Shown in pieces: positions 18,804-28,794 of a stretch of DNA of 64,000 bases (position 1 is its first letter; each line of letters starts with the position of its first letter). The translations under genes and the position numbers were made by a program. Below the pieces are notes generated by a model that saw only the letters and a program-made list of their open reading frames with translations, ran no database searches and was not told the origin of the DNA. The stretch spans positions 20,828 through 84,827 of the forward strand of contig CAZQJS010000007.1 in NCBI GenBank assembly GCA_964593725.1, given 5' to 3'. The stretch is from an uncultured Desulfobacterales bacterium. GTDB taxonomy: Bacteria; Desulfobacterota; Desulfobacteria; Desulfobacterales; Desulfobacteraceae.

Positions 18804-20042
18804 ATGAAACCTTTAATAATTATTGGCACTGGTACAAGCATTGATGACATTACATTAAAGCAGCATAAAATCATTGAAAATGCTGATTTTTTAATAGGCG
18901 GATACCGCCTCCTTGAAATGTTTGAAAAGCTAAAAATAAAAAAACTTGTAATAAAAAACAATCTTACACAGGTAGTTGAAGAGATATCACAATGCATAGA
19001 TCACATGAATATTGTTGTACTTGCATCTGGAGACCCCATGTTTTTTGGAATAGGAGCCTTTCTCACACGAAAATTTGGAAAGGATAGTGTGAAAATCATG
19101 CCAAACATTTCATCTGTTGCCAGGGCTTTTTCAAAGATCAAGGAGCAATGGAATGATGCCCATCTACTGAGCCTTCATGGAAAACGGTCCAATGATATCT
19201 CGCCGATCTTTTCAGGTGGAAACAAATTTGCAATTTTAACAGATAAAAAAAAAGATCCTTCCTGGCTTGCAAAAAAAATTGTTGGGAAAAACCAGGAGGG
19301 CTTTTCCATGTGCATACTTGAGAACATTGATTCACCAAAGGAAAAAATCAGCTGGTTTGATGATATGAAAAAGGTGATTAATAAAAAATTTGAAAGCCCG
19401 AATATTGTAATCTTGAAGAGAGAAAACCCTTCCCGGGATTTCACCAAAAACCAGCATGTTCATCCTGGCATGAAAGATCATGCCTTTTCCACGGACAAGG
19501 GCCTTATAACCAAATCGGAAATCCGAAGTATTGTCCTCTCAAAGCTGAATTTTACAAAAAACAATCATCTGTTCTGGGATCTGGGAGCCGGGTCTGGCGC
19601 TATTTCCATTGAGGCTTCATCCATTGTTTCACATGAAACAATTTATGCTGTTGAAAAAAATGAAAAAAGAATCCCTTTGATCAAAGAAAACATTTCAAGG
19701 TTTAATATTCCAAACATTAAACTGATCCATGGTACTCTTCCGGGAATATTAGACAAACTGCCTGTTCCTGATCGAATTTTCATCGGGGGAGGGGGCAAAG
19801 ACCTTTTGAAAATTTGCAAGGAAGCTGTAAAGAGACTTGCCTTAAATGGTATCATTGTTGTAAATACAATATTGATAGAAAACCCCGGGCCTGTTTTTCA
19901 AACCATGAAAAAGTCCGGCCTGGGGCCTGAACTTTTATCGGTTCAGATTTCCAAATCCAAAAGCATGCCCCATGGTGAAAGGCTTGAACCATTAAATCCT
20001 GTCTGGATCATTTACGGAAAAAAGGAGTCACAAATTGGATAA
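18804..20042 (+). CDS. cbiET: Fused CbiE/CbiT: cobalt-precorrin-7 C5-methyltransferase and cobalt-precorrin-6B C15-methyltransferase (decarboxylating)
   Basis: N-terminal tetrapyrrole methylase (IIGTGTS). C-terminal SAM-methyltransferase motif LFWDLGAGSGAISIE. Confidence 0.8.
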   Translation: MKPLIIIGTGTSIDDITLKQHKIIENADFLIGGYRLLEMFEKLKIKKLVIKNNLTQVVEEISQCIDHMNIVVLASGDPMFFGIGAFLTRKFGKDSVKIMPNISSVARAFSKIKEQWNDAHLLSLHGKRSNDISPIFSGGNKFAILTDKKKDPSWLAKKIVGKNQEGFSMCILENIDSPKEKISWFDDMKKVINKKFESPNIVILKRENPSRDFTKNQHVHPGMKDHAFSTDKGLITKSEIRSIVLSKLNFTKNNHLFWDLGAGSGAISIEASSIVSHETIYAVEKNEKRIPLIKENISRFNIPNIKLIHGTLPGILDKLPVPDRIFIGGGGKDLLKICKEAVKRLALNGIIVVNTILIENPGPVFQTMKKSGLGPELLSVQISKSKSMPHGERLEPLNPVWIIYGKKESQIG

Positions 20043-20817
20043 TAAATATAAAATTGTAAGGTTTGTTGGTGCAGGCCCGGGAGACCCTGAACTTATTACA
20101 GTTAAAGGTATGAATGCCTTGAAAAAGGCGGATCTGATAATCTATGCCGGCTCCCTTGTGCCAGAGCAGATGCTCTGCTGGGCAAAACCAGGGGCCATAA
20201 CAATAAACAGCGCTGCCTTACACCTTAATGAAATTATTCAATTAATAAAGGATTCATACTTTGCAGGTAAAAGGGTTGTAAGACTTCATACTGGAGACCC
20301 TTCTCTGTATGGTGCTGTTCTTGAACAATTTAAAGAACTTGACAAGCTGTCCATAAAATTTGAAACAATACCTGGAGTAACTGCTGCCTTTGCAGCTGCT
20401 GCCTGTATGAATATGGAATATACACTTCCGGAAATTGCTCAGACCCTGATTTTAACAAGAATTTCCGGCAGAACACCTGTGCCAGACCTGGAAAGCCTGG
20501 ACAAACTATGTGCCCACCAGAGCTCCATGGCAATATATCTGAGCATTGCATATCTTGAAAAAATTCAAAAGATAATATGTTCATCCTATGGAAACAGTGC
20601 TCTTTGTGCAATTGCCTACAGAATTGGATTTCAGGAGGAGAAAATTGTATACTGCAAGGCTGAAAGCCTTGCACGCAGTGCCAGGAAAGAACGGATTGAA
20701 AAGCAGGCTATTATAATTGTGGGAAAGGCTGTCCAGGCATGTACAAAAGATAAAAACATTATTAAATCAAAATTATATGATATCCATTTTTCCCATGAAT
20801 ACAGAGAAAAACAATAA
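20035..20817 (+). CDS. cbiF: Cobalt-precorrin-4 C11-methyltransferase
   Basis: VGAGPGDPELITVKG and LHTGDPSLYG, the CbiF/CobM signatures. Confidence 0.85.
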   Translation: MDNKYKIVRFVGAGPGDPELITVKGMNALKKADLIIYAGSLVPEQMLCWAKPGAITINSAALHLNEIIQLIKDSYFAGKRVVRLHTGDPSLYGAVLEQFKELDKLSIKFETIPGVTAAFAAAACMNMEYTLPEIAQTLILTRISGRTPVPDLESLDKLCAHQSSMAIYLSIAYLEKIQKIICSSYGNSALCAIAYRIGFQEEKIVYCKAESLARSARKERIEKQAIIIVGKAVQACTKDKNIIKSKLYDIHFSHEYREKQ

Positions 20818-21862
20818 AATTAATAAAACTGCAATCTGGGCCATTACCAGATCGGGATATAAGCTTGGCTCAAAACTTGCCCGAACAATTAATGGATCAG
20901 TACTGCTGATCTCGTTAAATCTAAAAAACCAACTCCTTCTGAATCTATCTTCTTTTGATGAAAATATCATTGCCTTTGTAAAGTTATCAGATAAAATAAG
21001 ACAGGTGTTCCATGATTTTACTGCCCATATTTTTATTTTTTCAACAGGTATTGCAGTACGTATCATTGCTCCTGTAATAAAATCAAAAATTTCAGACCCT
21101 GCCGTGGTAGTACTGGATGATAATGGCTGCCACGCCATCAGCCTTTTATCGGGACATCTTGGCGGGGCTAATAAACTTGTTGAAAAAATTGCCGGAATAA
21201 CCGGTGCAGCTCCAGTAATTACAACAGCAACAGACGTACATAACAAACCTGCCATTGATATAATAGCAGGGGAGCATGACTTGCATATTGTAAATCCTGG
21301 AATGATTAAAAAAATAAACATGGCAATCTTATATGATGAAATAATTAAAATCCATGACCCAAGTAATATTCTCATTGCCCGGATTCCAAACAGCATACAG
21401 GAGCAGAAAAATCCTGATATAATTTGTACTGATACCACCATGAAAGTTCCACGTGAAACATTAGTTTTAAATCCTCGTTCCCTGATTGTTGGAATGGGTT
21501 GTAACAGGGATACAACAATGGATGAGGTGGAACTGTTTCTATTGTCTGTGTTCAGGAAAAACAGATTATCCCTTAAAAGTATAGGAGCGTTTGCATCAAT
21601 AGATGCCAAGAAAAATGAAACAGGCTTTCTTGAGTTATCAAAAAAAATGCAGGTCAAATTTTTGTTTTTTGATAAAGACAGACTCAGTCTGGTTAAGAAT
21701 ATAAAAAATCCTTCAAAAATAGTTGAAAAACATATGGGAGTGAAAAGCGTATGCGAGGCAGCAGCAATAACAGCAGGAAAAAATGCACAACTGATAGTTC
21801 AAAAACAGATAAAGGGCAATGTAACAATGGCTGTGGCACGGGCAAAGCCATGCTCTATATAA
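20795..21862 (+). CDS. cbiG: Cobalt-precorrin-5A hydrolase CbiG. The start is placed at an internal Met; the six-frame ORF begins at 20717 and overlaps cbiF by 100 nt.
   Basis: CbiG-like N-terminus AIWAITRSG and C-terminus GVKSVCEAAA. Met27 of the ORF (20795) gives a 23-nt overlap with cbiF. The start is uncertain by ±20 codons. Confidence 0.75.
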   Translation: MNTEKNNKINKTAIWAITRSGYKLGSKLARTINGSVLLISLNLKNQLLLNLSSFDENIIAFVKLSDKIRQVFHDFTAHIFIFSTGIAVRIIAPVIKSKISDPAVVVLDDNGCHAISLLSGHLGGANKLVEKIAGITGAAPVITTATDVHNKPAIDIIAGEHDLHIVNPGMIKKINMAILYDEIIKIHDPSNILIARIPNSIQEQKNPDIICTDTTMKVPRETLVLNPRSLIVGMGCNRDTTMDEVELFLLSVFRKNRLSLKSIGAFASIDAKKNETGFLELSKKMQVKFLFFDKDRLSLVKNIKNPSKIVEKHMGVKSVCEAAAITAGKNAQLIVQKQIKGNVTMAVARAKPCSI

Positions 21863-22659
21863 TCGGAACAGGGCCGGGGGGCATTGACTACATGGCAGGC
21901 CGGGCAAGGGAAGTGCTTAAAAAAGTAGACACCATTGCAGGATACTCAACCTATCTTGTTCTTATAAACGATCTTATTAAAGATAAAAAAATTATATCAA
22001 CAGCAATGACAAAAGAGGTGGACAGGGTTGAAATGGCAATAAACGAAGCCCTTTACAAAACTCCCTGCGCACTTGTTTCCGGGGGTGACCCTGGAATATA
22101 CGCCATGGCAGGTCTTGTTTTTGAAATTTGCAAAAAGAAAAACATCAAACTTATCCGGGGAGGCTCACAAACATATAAAAGAGGTGGTAATGATGTAAAC
22201 CAGACCCTTGGGGAAAACTCTCTGTGTCTTGAAATAGTTCCGGGAATTCCTGCTCTGGCAGCAGGGGCTGCTCTGACAGGAGCACCCCTGACCCATGATT
22301 TTGCAGCAATAAGTTTGAGCAATCTTCTAACCCCCTGGGAAAAAATAGAAAAACGACTTGAGTTTGCAGCCATGGCGGATTTTTCCATTGTTATTTATAA
22401 TCCAAAAAGTAAAAAAAGGGACTGGCAGCTCAGGCGTGCCAGAGAGATAATTTTAAAACACCGTAAAAAAGATACTCCTGTGAGCATAATAACTGGTGCC
22501 ATGCGGGAAAACCAGAACATTGAGATAACAAAGCTATCTGATATTGATGAAAAAAACATTGGTATGCAGTCAATACTTTTCATAGGGTCCAGTACATCAA
22601 TGAAATATCTTGACTTTATGTTCACTCCCAGGGGTTATGGTCAAAAATACAATTTTTAA
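21850..22659 (+). CDS. cbiH: Cobalt-precorrin-3B C17-methyltransferase. The start is placed at the internal Met (MLYIIGTGPGG); the six-frame ORF begins at 21751.
   Basis: Tetrapyrrole methylase GTGPGG start. The ATG overlaps the cbiG stop (ATGctctatATAA). Confidence 0.8.
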   Translation: MLYIIGTGPGGIDYMAGRAREVLKKVDTIAGYSTYLVLINDLIKDKKIISTAMTKEVDRVEMAINEALYKTPCALVSGGDPGIYAMAGLVFEICKKKNIKLIRGGSQTYKRGGNDVNQTLGENSLCLEIVPGIPALAAGAALTGAPLTHDFAAISLSNLLTPWEKIEKRLEFAAMADFSIVIYNPKSKKRDWQLRRAREIILKHRKKDTPVSIITGAMRENQNIEITKLSDIDEKNIGMQSILFIGSSTSMKYLDFMFTPRGYGQKYNF

Positions 22660-22685
22660 CAACTATTCATATATTACGGAGAAAA

Positions 22686-23213
22686 ATGAAAAAAGGATAT
22701 ATTCAAATATATACAGGCAATGGCAAAGGAAAGACAACAGCAGCCCTTGGGCTTATTGTAAGGGCTCTGGGTGCCGGATTAAAAATTTTTGTGGGGCAGT
22801 TTCTGAAACAGGGGGATTATTCTGAAATAAAGACCCTTAAAAAATATAGTGAATTATATAAAGGGATTACCATAAAACAATATGGTTCAGGAAGATTTGT
22901 AAAGGGAAAACCCACTGAAGAGGAAAAAAAAGCAGGCAAACAAGGATTAAAGCAAATCAGAGATGTATTAATAAAAGGAAACCATGATCTTGTAATTGTG
23001 GAAGAGGGAAATGTTGCAATGATGTGCAATATTATCACTGAAAATGACCTTCTTGAATTAATGAAAATAAAACCTGAACATGTTGAGCTTGTGATCACAG
23101 GCAGAGGAGCAACGGAAAGATTGATCAGAAAAGCAGACCTTGTAACGGAAATGAAAGAGATAAAACACTATTTTAAAAAAGGTGTTGGTGCGCGCACGGG
23201 GATTGAGAAATGA
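22686..23213 (+). CDS. cobO: Cob(I)yrinic acid a,c-diamide adenosyltransferase
   Basis: P-loop YTGNGKGKTTAALG. 175 aa, typical of CobO/BtuR. Confidence 0.85.
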   Translation: MKKGYIQIYTGNGKGKTTAALGLIVRALGAGLKIFVGQFLKQGDYSEIKTLKKYSELYKGITIKQYGSGRFVKGKPTEEEKKAGKQGLKQIRDVLIKGNHDLVIVEEGNVAMMCNIITENDLLELMKIKPEHVELVITGRGATERLIRKADLVTEMKEIKHYFKKGVGARTGIEK

Positions 23214-24709
23214 AAACATTAAAAAACATTGCATTTCTCGGAACAGGGTCAGATGTTGGGAAAAGTATTATTGCAGCAGCATTTTGCAGATCCCTGGCAG
23301 ACAGAAATATCAAGGTTGCTCCATTTAAAGCACAAAACATGTCAAACAATTCCGGCATAACCCAGGAAGGCCTTGAAATGGGAAGGGCTCAAATCGTCCA
23401 GGCAGAAGCTGCCCGAATATTGCCCCACGTGGATATGAACCCTGTGCTTCTGAAACCTACCGGTGAAAAAGGTTCCCAGGTAGTGCTCAATGGTGTGGTT
23501 TATGATAATCAGTCTGCAATGGATTACCATAAAACAAAGGATTTTTATTTTAGTAAGGCATGTCAAGCATTTGACAGATTAAAAAAAAAATATCAATGCA
23601 TAGTACTTGAAGGAGCAGGATCCTGTGCAGAGGTGAATCTTATGGATTCAGATATTGTAAACTTCAGAATGGCGGAATATGCCAGAGCAGATGTATGTCT
23701 TGTGGCAGATATACATAGAGGCGGAGTGTTTGCTCAAATCATCGGAACACTCAAATGTCTGCCAAAAAAGTACCAGAAAATGATAAAAGGCATAATAATA
23801 AACAGATTCAGAGGTGATCCTGAACTGTTTAAACAGGGGATAGAATGGATAGAGAAAAAAAGCAGAAAACAGGTTTTAGGTATAATGCCATGGTATTCCC
23901 ATTTCAGAATCGATGCGGAAGATTCCGTTGAAATTGAAAAATCAGGACGGCTGTCAGACATTGATAGAACAAGGCCTGCCATTGGAATAATAAAACTGCC
24001 CCATATATCAAATTTTACAGACATCCATTCCCTTTCAGAAATACAGGGAGTAGAGACTCTGTTCATTGACACTGCCATGGATTTATCCTGGTGCAGCGCT
24101 CTTATTATTCCGGGCTCAAAAAATACAAGGGCAGACATGATCTGGCTTGAACAAAGCGGTATCGCAGGTAAAATAAAAGCCCTTGCAGACATGGGGGGGC
24201 ATATACTTGGAATTTGCGGCGGGTATCAAATGCTTGGAAAAGTCATTAAAGACCCGGACGGTCATGAGGGATCACCCGGAGAGACCAGAGGGCTTTGCCT
24301 CCTGGATGTTGAAACCACACTTGAATACCCAAAAGTTACAACAATAACCACATTTTCCTGGGAAGAGGCCCGGGGCAGAGGATATGAAATTCACATGGGC
24401 ACAACCAGACTGTCTTCCGGAACTCCTGCTTTTCAAATTCTTTCACGGGGCAAAACCGGTATTGACAAAGGAAAGATAAAACAGGATGGGTGCATTTCAA
24501 AAAATAAAAAAATCATGGGAACATATATCCACGGATTGTTTGATTCACGTGAAATTTTAATAAAATGGCTGGATAAAATTAATGTAAAAGGTCTGGATAA
24601 AAAAATTATTTCAAAGGAGTGTAAAAAGGAAAAAAATTATATTCTGTTAAAGGAGCATTTTGAAAACCATATTGATATAACAAACCTTATAAAATACAAT
24701 CCTTGCTGA
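23210..24709 (+). CDS. cobQ: Cobyric acid synthase
   Basis: 499 aa. N-terminal CobQ/CbiP nucleotide-binding fold (FLGTGSDVGKS). C-terminal glutamine amidotransferase with GICGGYQMLG and a His. Confidence 0.85.
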   Translation: MKTLKNIAFLGTGSDVGKSIIAAAFCRSLADRNIKVAPFKAQNMSNNSGITQEGLEMGRAQIVQAEAARILPHVDMNPVLLKPTGEKGSQVVLNGVVYDNQSAMDYHKTKDFYFSKACQAFDRLKKKYQCIVLEGAGSCAEVNLMDSDIVNFRMAEYARADVCLVADIHRGGVFAQIIGTLKCLPKKYQKMIKGIIINRFRGDPELFKQGIEWIEKKSRKQVLGIMPWYSHFRIDAEDSVEIEKSGRLSDIDRTRPAIGIIKLPHISNFTDIHSLSEIQGVETLFIDTAMDLSWCSALIIPGSKNTRADMIWLEQSGIAGKIKALADMGGHILGICGGYQMLGKVIKDPDGHEGSPGETRGLCLLDVETTLEYPKVTTITTFSWEEARGRGYEIHMGTTRLSSGTPAFQILSRGKTGIDKGKIKQDGCISKNKKIMGTYIHGLFDSREILIKWLDKINVKGLDKKIISKECKKEKNYILLKEHFENHIDITNLIKYNPC

Positions 24710-25882
24710 CTATTCATGGTCCGGGTCATGGGTCTGGTCAGATGATTTTTCCAGATCAACAATTGTTTTATCTATATATTTTTTTGTCTTATATTGTGTA
24801 ATATTTGACAGTTGATCTGTGATTCTGCTCATCCTGTCAATGCTCTCTTTAATAATTGTAAGAAATTCATAAGCTTTATCCTGTTTTTTCAATTTCAGAA
24901 ACAAGAGTTCCACTGATCCGAAAATAGACTGCATGGGCTGGTGCAGCTCATGGCATATAGCTCCGGCTGTTTCTATGGCTGTTTCAAGCTGCTGATTCTT
25001 TTTTCTGCCAGTAATGTTGCTGACAAAGGCAAAGGCACCTGAAATTTTATTGTTATTATCTAATATTAGTGCTGCATCAAAAAGTGCATTCAGCTCTTCT
25101 CCGTTATTGGTTTTCAAAATAATACTAAAATGTTTTGATTTTGATTCATCAGGGTCTGTGAGTATACGGTTGAAAATTGCTTTATTTTGTCCATGGACAA
25201 AATCTGCAGCACTTTTACCAATAATCTGACTGGATGAATACCCAAGCATTGTACAAAGTGCATTGTTGACTCCGGTTGTAATCTCATCTTTATCAACCTG
25301 CCAGAAACCAGAAGTTGTTGTTTCAATTAACCTTGAATAGTTTTTTTCACTCTGAAGAAACAGTTGCTGGGCCTGATTTTTTTCAGCCAGGGCCCGGGAA
25401 TGTTCCAGGGCCCTTTCAATGGAGTGGATAAGGCTGGACATCTCCTTTATTGGCTTTACAATATAATCCCATGCTCCGATTTTCATGGTTTCGATTGCAT
25501 CCTGGATTCCGCCGGCACCTGAAACAACAATAAGAGGGGTTTGGGGAGATTTATCATGGATGTGATTAATTACATCATACCCATCCATTTCAGGCATGCG
25601 AAGGTCCAACAGTACAAGATCTACTTTTTTATTATCAAAAACATCAATGCCCTGTTTACCGTCAGCTGCCGTGATGGGCATGAAACCGGAATCTTCAAGA
25701 TAATTTGCAAGACTGTTTCGTACAGAATCGTCATCATCTATAATTAAAATGTAAACATCTTCATTATTACCTGAGTTAAGTGAGGTAACAGCGGTTTTCT
25801 GACGCTGAAGCTGATTTTCAAGCTGGCGGATTCTATTTTCAAGTTCCTGATAAGTGGGCTTTGCCGTATCTGCCATGACCAT
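24710..25882 (-). CDS. Response-regulator receiver protein with PAS and HisKA-like phosphoacceptor domains, but no HATPase_c domain
   Basis: N-terminal coiled coil. REC domain (ILIIDDDDSVRN...LDLRMPEMDG). PAS (GFWQVDKDEITTGVNNALCTMLGYS). H-box AICHELHQPMQSI. The protein ends ~70 aa after the H-box, with no N/G1/G2 boxes. Confidence 0.7.
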   Translation of the reverse strand: MVMADTAKPTYQELENRIRQLENQLQRQKTAVTSLNSGNNEDVYILIIDDDDSVRNSLANYLEDSGFMPITAADGKQGIDVFDNKKVDLVLLDLRMPEMDGYDVINHIHDKSPQTPLIVVSGAGGIQDAIETMKIGAWDYIVKPIKEMSSLIHSIERALEHSRALAEKNQAQQLFLQSEKNYSRLIETTTSGFWQVDKDEITTGVNNALCTMLGYSSSQIIGKSAADFVHGQNKAIFNRILTDPDESKSKHFSIILKTNNGEELNALFDAALILDNNNKISGAFAFVSNITGRKKNQQLETAIETAGAICHELHQPMQSIFGSVELLFLKLKKQDKAYEFLTIIKESIDRMSRITDQLSNITQYKTKKYIDKTIVDLEKSSDQTHDPDHE

Positions 25883-25982
25883 CCTCTTGGAAAAGATAAA
25901 AAAGGAAATATAATTGTAATCAATGCTGTTTTATAATTATAGAATAATAAATATTTATGTCAATGGCAAATGATTCAGGGAA

Positions 25983-27263
25983 TTACCTTTTTTCAATGGG
26001 AAGGTATTTTACAAGGGGTTCTCCTGTAAAAACCTGGCGTGGTCTGCTGATTTTCATTTCAGGATCATTAAAATCTTCCTGCCAGTGGGCAATCCATCCG
26101 GGAAGGCGGCCAATTGCAAACATAACAGTAAACATATCCGTTGGAATACCAAGCGCCCTTAAAACAATACCCGAATAAAAATCCACATTAGGGTAAAGGT
26201 TCTTGTCCTGGAAATAAGTATCATTCAGAGCTTCGCCTTCAAGGTCCATGGCAATGGAGAGAAGCGGATCCTTAGTATTTGTTTTTCTAAGGACTTTGTC
26301 GCATATCTGTTTCATTATTTTTGCCCTGGGATCATAGGCCTTATAAACCCGGTGGCCAAATCCCATGAGTCTGAATGGATCTTTTTTATCCTTGGACCGT
26401 TTGATTACATCACTTATCTTAAGCCCGGAGGAATCTATCTCCTGAAGCATGTGAATTACTGCCTGGTTGGCTCCTCCGTGCAAAGGGCCCCACAATGCGG
26501 ATATGCCTGCAGATATTGCAGCATAGATATTAACTTTTCCACTTCCAACAACCCTGACAGCAGTTGTGGAGCAGTTCTGTTCATGGTCTGCATGGAGAAT
26601 CCAGAAGACATTCAATGCATCAACAATATCTTTATCAAGGGAATAGGGTACAACAGGATTGTCAAACATCATATGAAGAAAGTTTGCACAATACGAATAG
26701 TTGGGATTAGGATAAACCGGATTCTGGCCAATGGAGACCTTATAAGCCATTGCTGCCATTGTTCTGACCTTTGAGATAAGGCGCAGGAATGTTTTTTGAA
26801 GATCTTCCTTACTGTCTATGAGCTCTGGATGAAAACTTCTCATGGCATTAACCATGGCTGATAAAATACCCATGGGGTGAGCTCTGCTGGGAAAATTAAG
26901 GTAAAAATGTTTCATGTTTTCATGTAAAAGTGAAAGATCGTTAAGATAAACACTTGTGGTTGTAAGTTCTGTTCTGGTTGGAAGTTTACCAGTTATTAAA
27001 AGAAAAGCTGTTTCAACAAAGGAAGAGTGTTCTGCAAGCTCCTCTATGGGAATACCCCTGTATCTTAAAATACCTTTTTCACCATCCATAAAGGTAATTG
27101 AGCTTTTGCAGCTGCCAGTGTTTCCAAACCCGGGATCAAAAGTAATATATCCGCTTTCTCTTCGCAGCCCTCTGATATCAATTGCTTTATCGCCTGAAGT
27201 TCCATGTATAACCGGAAGTTTATACTCTTTTTCACCAATGATTAACCGGGCATATTCCGTCAT
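25983..27263 (-). CDS. gltA: Citrate synthase
   Basis: 426 aa. Motifs GFGHRVYKAYDPRA, HGGANQAV and LPGWIAHW. Confidence 0.85.
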   Translation of the reverse strand: MTEYARLIIGEKEYKLPVIHGTSGDKAIDIRGLRRESGYITFDPGFGNTGSCKSSITFMDGEKGILRYRGIPIEELAEHSSFVETAFLLITGKLPTRTELTTTSVYLNDLSLLHENMKHFYLNFPSRAHPMGILSAMVNAMRSFHPELIDSKEDLQKTFLRLISKVRTMAAMAYKVSIGQNPVYPNPNYSYCANFLHMMFDNPVVPYSLDKDIVDALNVFWILHADHEQNCSTTAVRVVGSGKVNIYAAISAGISALWGPLHGGANQAVIHMLQEIDSSGLKISDVIKRSKDKKDPFRLMGFGHRVYKAYDPRAKIMKQICDKVLRKTNTKDPLLSIAMDLEGEALNDTYFQDKNLYPNVDFYSGIVLRALGIPTDMFTVMFAIGRLPGWIAHWQEDFNDPEMKISRPRQVFTGEPLVKYLPIEKR

Positions 27264-27290
27264 AATTTTATCCTTTACAATGTAAATTTA

Positions 27291-27539
27291 TCATACTCCA
27301 GGTACTGTATATGTTGTGCATGAGCCCTGGGAACAGTTTCTTTCCTGTTTTGAAACATTTGCTTTGCCTCTGGCTGAAGAACTGCCCATGACATAATTTG
27401 TCCTGGAAATAACCCGTTCAAATTCGACAGACCCGCATTCAGGACATTTATTATCTGTTTTATCCTGACTTGACAGGCTGTTTGTGATAATTTCAAAAAA
27501 TTTTTCACACCTGGTACATTTAAATTCATAAATGGGCAT
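27291..27539 (-). CDS. FmdB-family zinc-ribbon protein
   Basis: MPIYEFKCTRCEKFFE...CPECGS. The N-terminal YEF-C-C pattern is the FmdB family signature. Confidence 0.7.
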   Translation of the reverse strand: MPIYEFKCTRCEKFFEIITNSLSSQDKTDNKCPECGSVEFERVISRTNYVMGSSSARGKANVSKQERNCSQGSCTTYTVPGV

Positions 27540-27662
27540 TAAAGTCTCCTTTTACTTGCAGTATATTTTGTATAAGGTATTAAAATAAGGCTTTTTTAGA
27601 AAAAGTCAAGCATGCAGGATATTAAATAAATACAGATTCCATAGCTGAAACAGACTTAAAGT

Positions 27663-28763
27663 TTAAACATTACTGGCTGAATCAAATATCATATTTCCAT
27701 TAAAATCAAATATAATGGACCTGACTTTTAGTTTATTTTCTGAAAATTTTTCAGCATTATTAACTATTTTATTGCCCACAAGATGGATAAGGGGCATGGT
27801 TCCGGGGAAAATATAGGTAAAAGCGTGTCTTGCTGTATTGGCGCTTTTAATTTTATTTACAAGGTCTTTATCACATGAAATGCTCCGGGCCCAGGCTCCA
27901 AGCTTTTCCATGGTTAGTTCGGCCCTGGCAGCATGTGTGTGTTCAAAACCCATGGCCATTTTAACAGCTTTTCCAAAAAAAACTGTAATAATTAAATTTC
28001 TGATTTCTTTGATCTTAACAGCTTCGTCAATGGATGCTTTAAAAAAATCACCTGTCTGTATAAAACACTCCTCCCTGATCCAGGGAAAAAGATTCATGGC
28101 AAAACGTTCACTTCTTCTGCCCGTTGTAAACACCAGGGTATCTGCACCTCCCGCTGCAGCAATTTTTGCACCAGACCTTATTGTTGCAATATATGCATCA
28201 TGGGACATGGGATAAACAATGCCGGTTGTTCCAAGAATGGAGATGCCGCCAATTATACCAAGCCTTGCATTCAAAGTCTTTTTAGCAAGTTCAGTTCCCT
28301 TTGGAACAAAAATTTTTACAATAACATTCCTTTTCTGCTCTTTTTTAAGATTAGCAAAAACATTTTCCAGGGATTGGATAATCATTTTCCTGGGCCCGGT
28401 GTTTATGGCATACTCTCCCACATTCAGTTCAAGGCCTGGTTTGGTGATTTTTCCAACTCCTTTGCCTCCAGTGATTTCAACATTGGTTCCAGGGTCATCT
28501 TTTATAGTTAACCTGACTCCTATTAATGCTTTATGTGTAATATCAGGATCATCGCCGGCATCTTTGACAACCAGGCATTGGGCAGTATTGTTTTTAATCT
28601 TTTTAGTATTGAAAATATTTATAAATCTATGGGTGCCATTTAAAAATTTTATTTTTACCCTGATCCTTTTTTTTCCTGTTAAAAGAAAATAGAGAGCGGC
28701 TTTAGCAGCAGCAGCTGCTGCTGCCCCTGTAGTAAACCCGACTCTTAAGGCTTTATCAGGCAT
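27663..28763 (-). CDS. cbiD: Cobalt-precorrin-5B C1-methyltransferase
   Basis: N-terminal LRVGFTTGAAAAAAAKAA. ~366 aa. Confidence 0.85.
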   Translation of the reverse strand: MPDKALRVGFTTGAAAAAAAKAALYFLLTGKKRIRVKIKFLNGTHRFINIFNTKKIKNNTAQCLVVKDAGDDPDITHKALIGVRLTIKDDPGTNVEITGGKGVGKITKPGLELNVGEYAINTGPRKMIIQSLENVFANLKKEQKRNVIVKIFVPKGTELAKKTLNARLGIIGGISILGTTGIVYPMSHDAYIATIRSGAKIAAAGGADTLVFTTGRRSERFAMNLFPWIREECFIQTGDFFKASIDEAVKIKEIRNLIITVFFGKAVKMAMGFEHTHAARAELTMEKLGAWARSISCDKDLVNKIKSANTARHAFTYIFPGTMPLIHLVGNKIVNNAEKFSENKLKVRSIIFDFNGNMIFDSASNV

Positions 28764-28794
28764 TAGCTTTAATCCTTAAATTAAAAAAATTAAA

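Noticed and set aside
20773-21657. 294-aa minus-strand ORF antisense to cbiG. Many similar long antisense ORFs were seen, for example 1524..2033, 23734..24192, 36121..36489, 45412..45951, 47647..48839, 55486..55983 and 62660..63217.
   Set aside because: Each lies entirely opposite a well-supported gene with clear family motifs. Their translations are low-complexity or hydrophobic with no recognisable motifs. These are typical shadow ORFs in low-GC DNA.
20717-21850. Long 5' extensions of the cbiG (from 20717) and cbiH (from 21751) ORFs that overlap the preceding genes by ~100 nt
   Set aside because: The extensions are non-conserved-looking and would create long gene overlaps. Internal Met codons give N-termini matching the family consensus, with short coupling overlaps, so the downstream starts were used.
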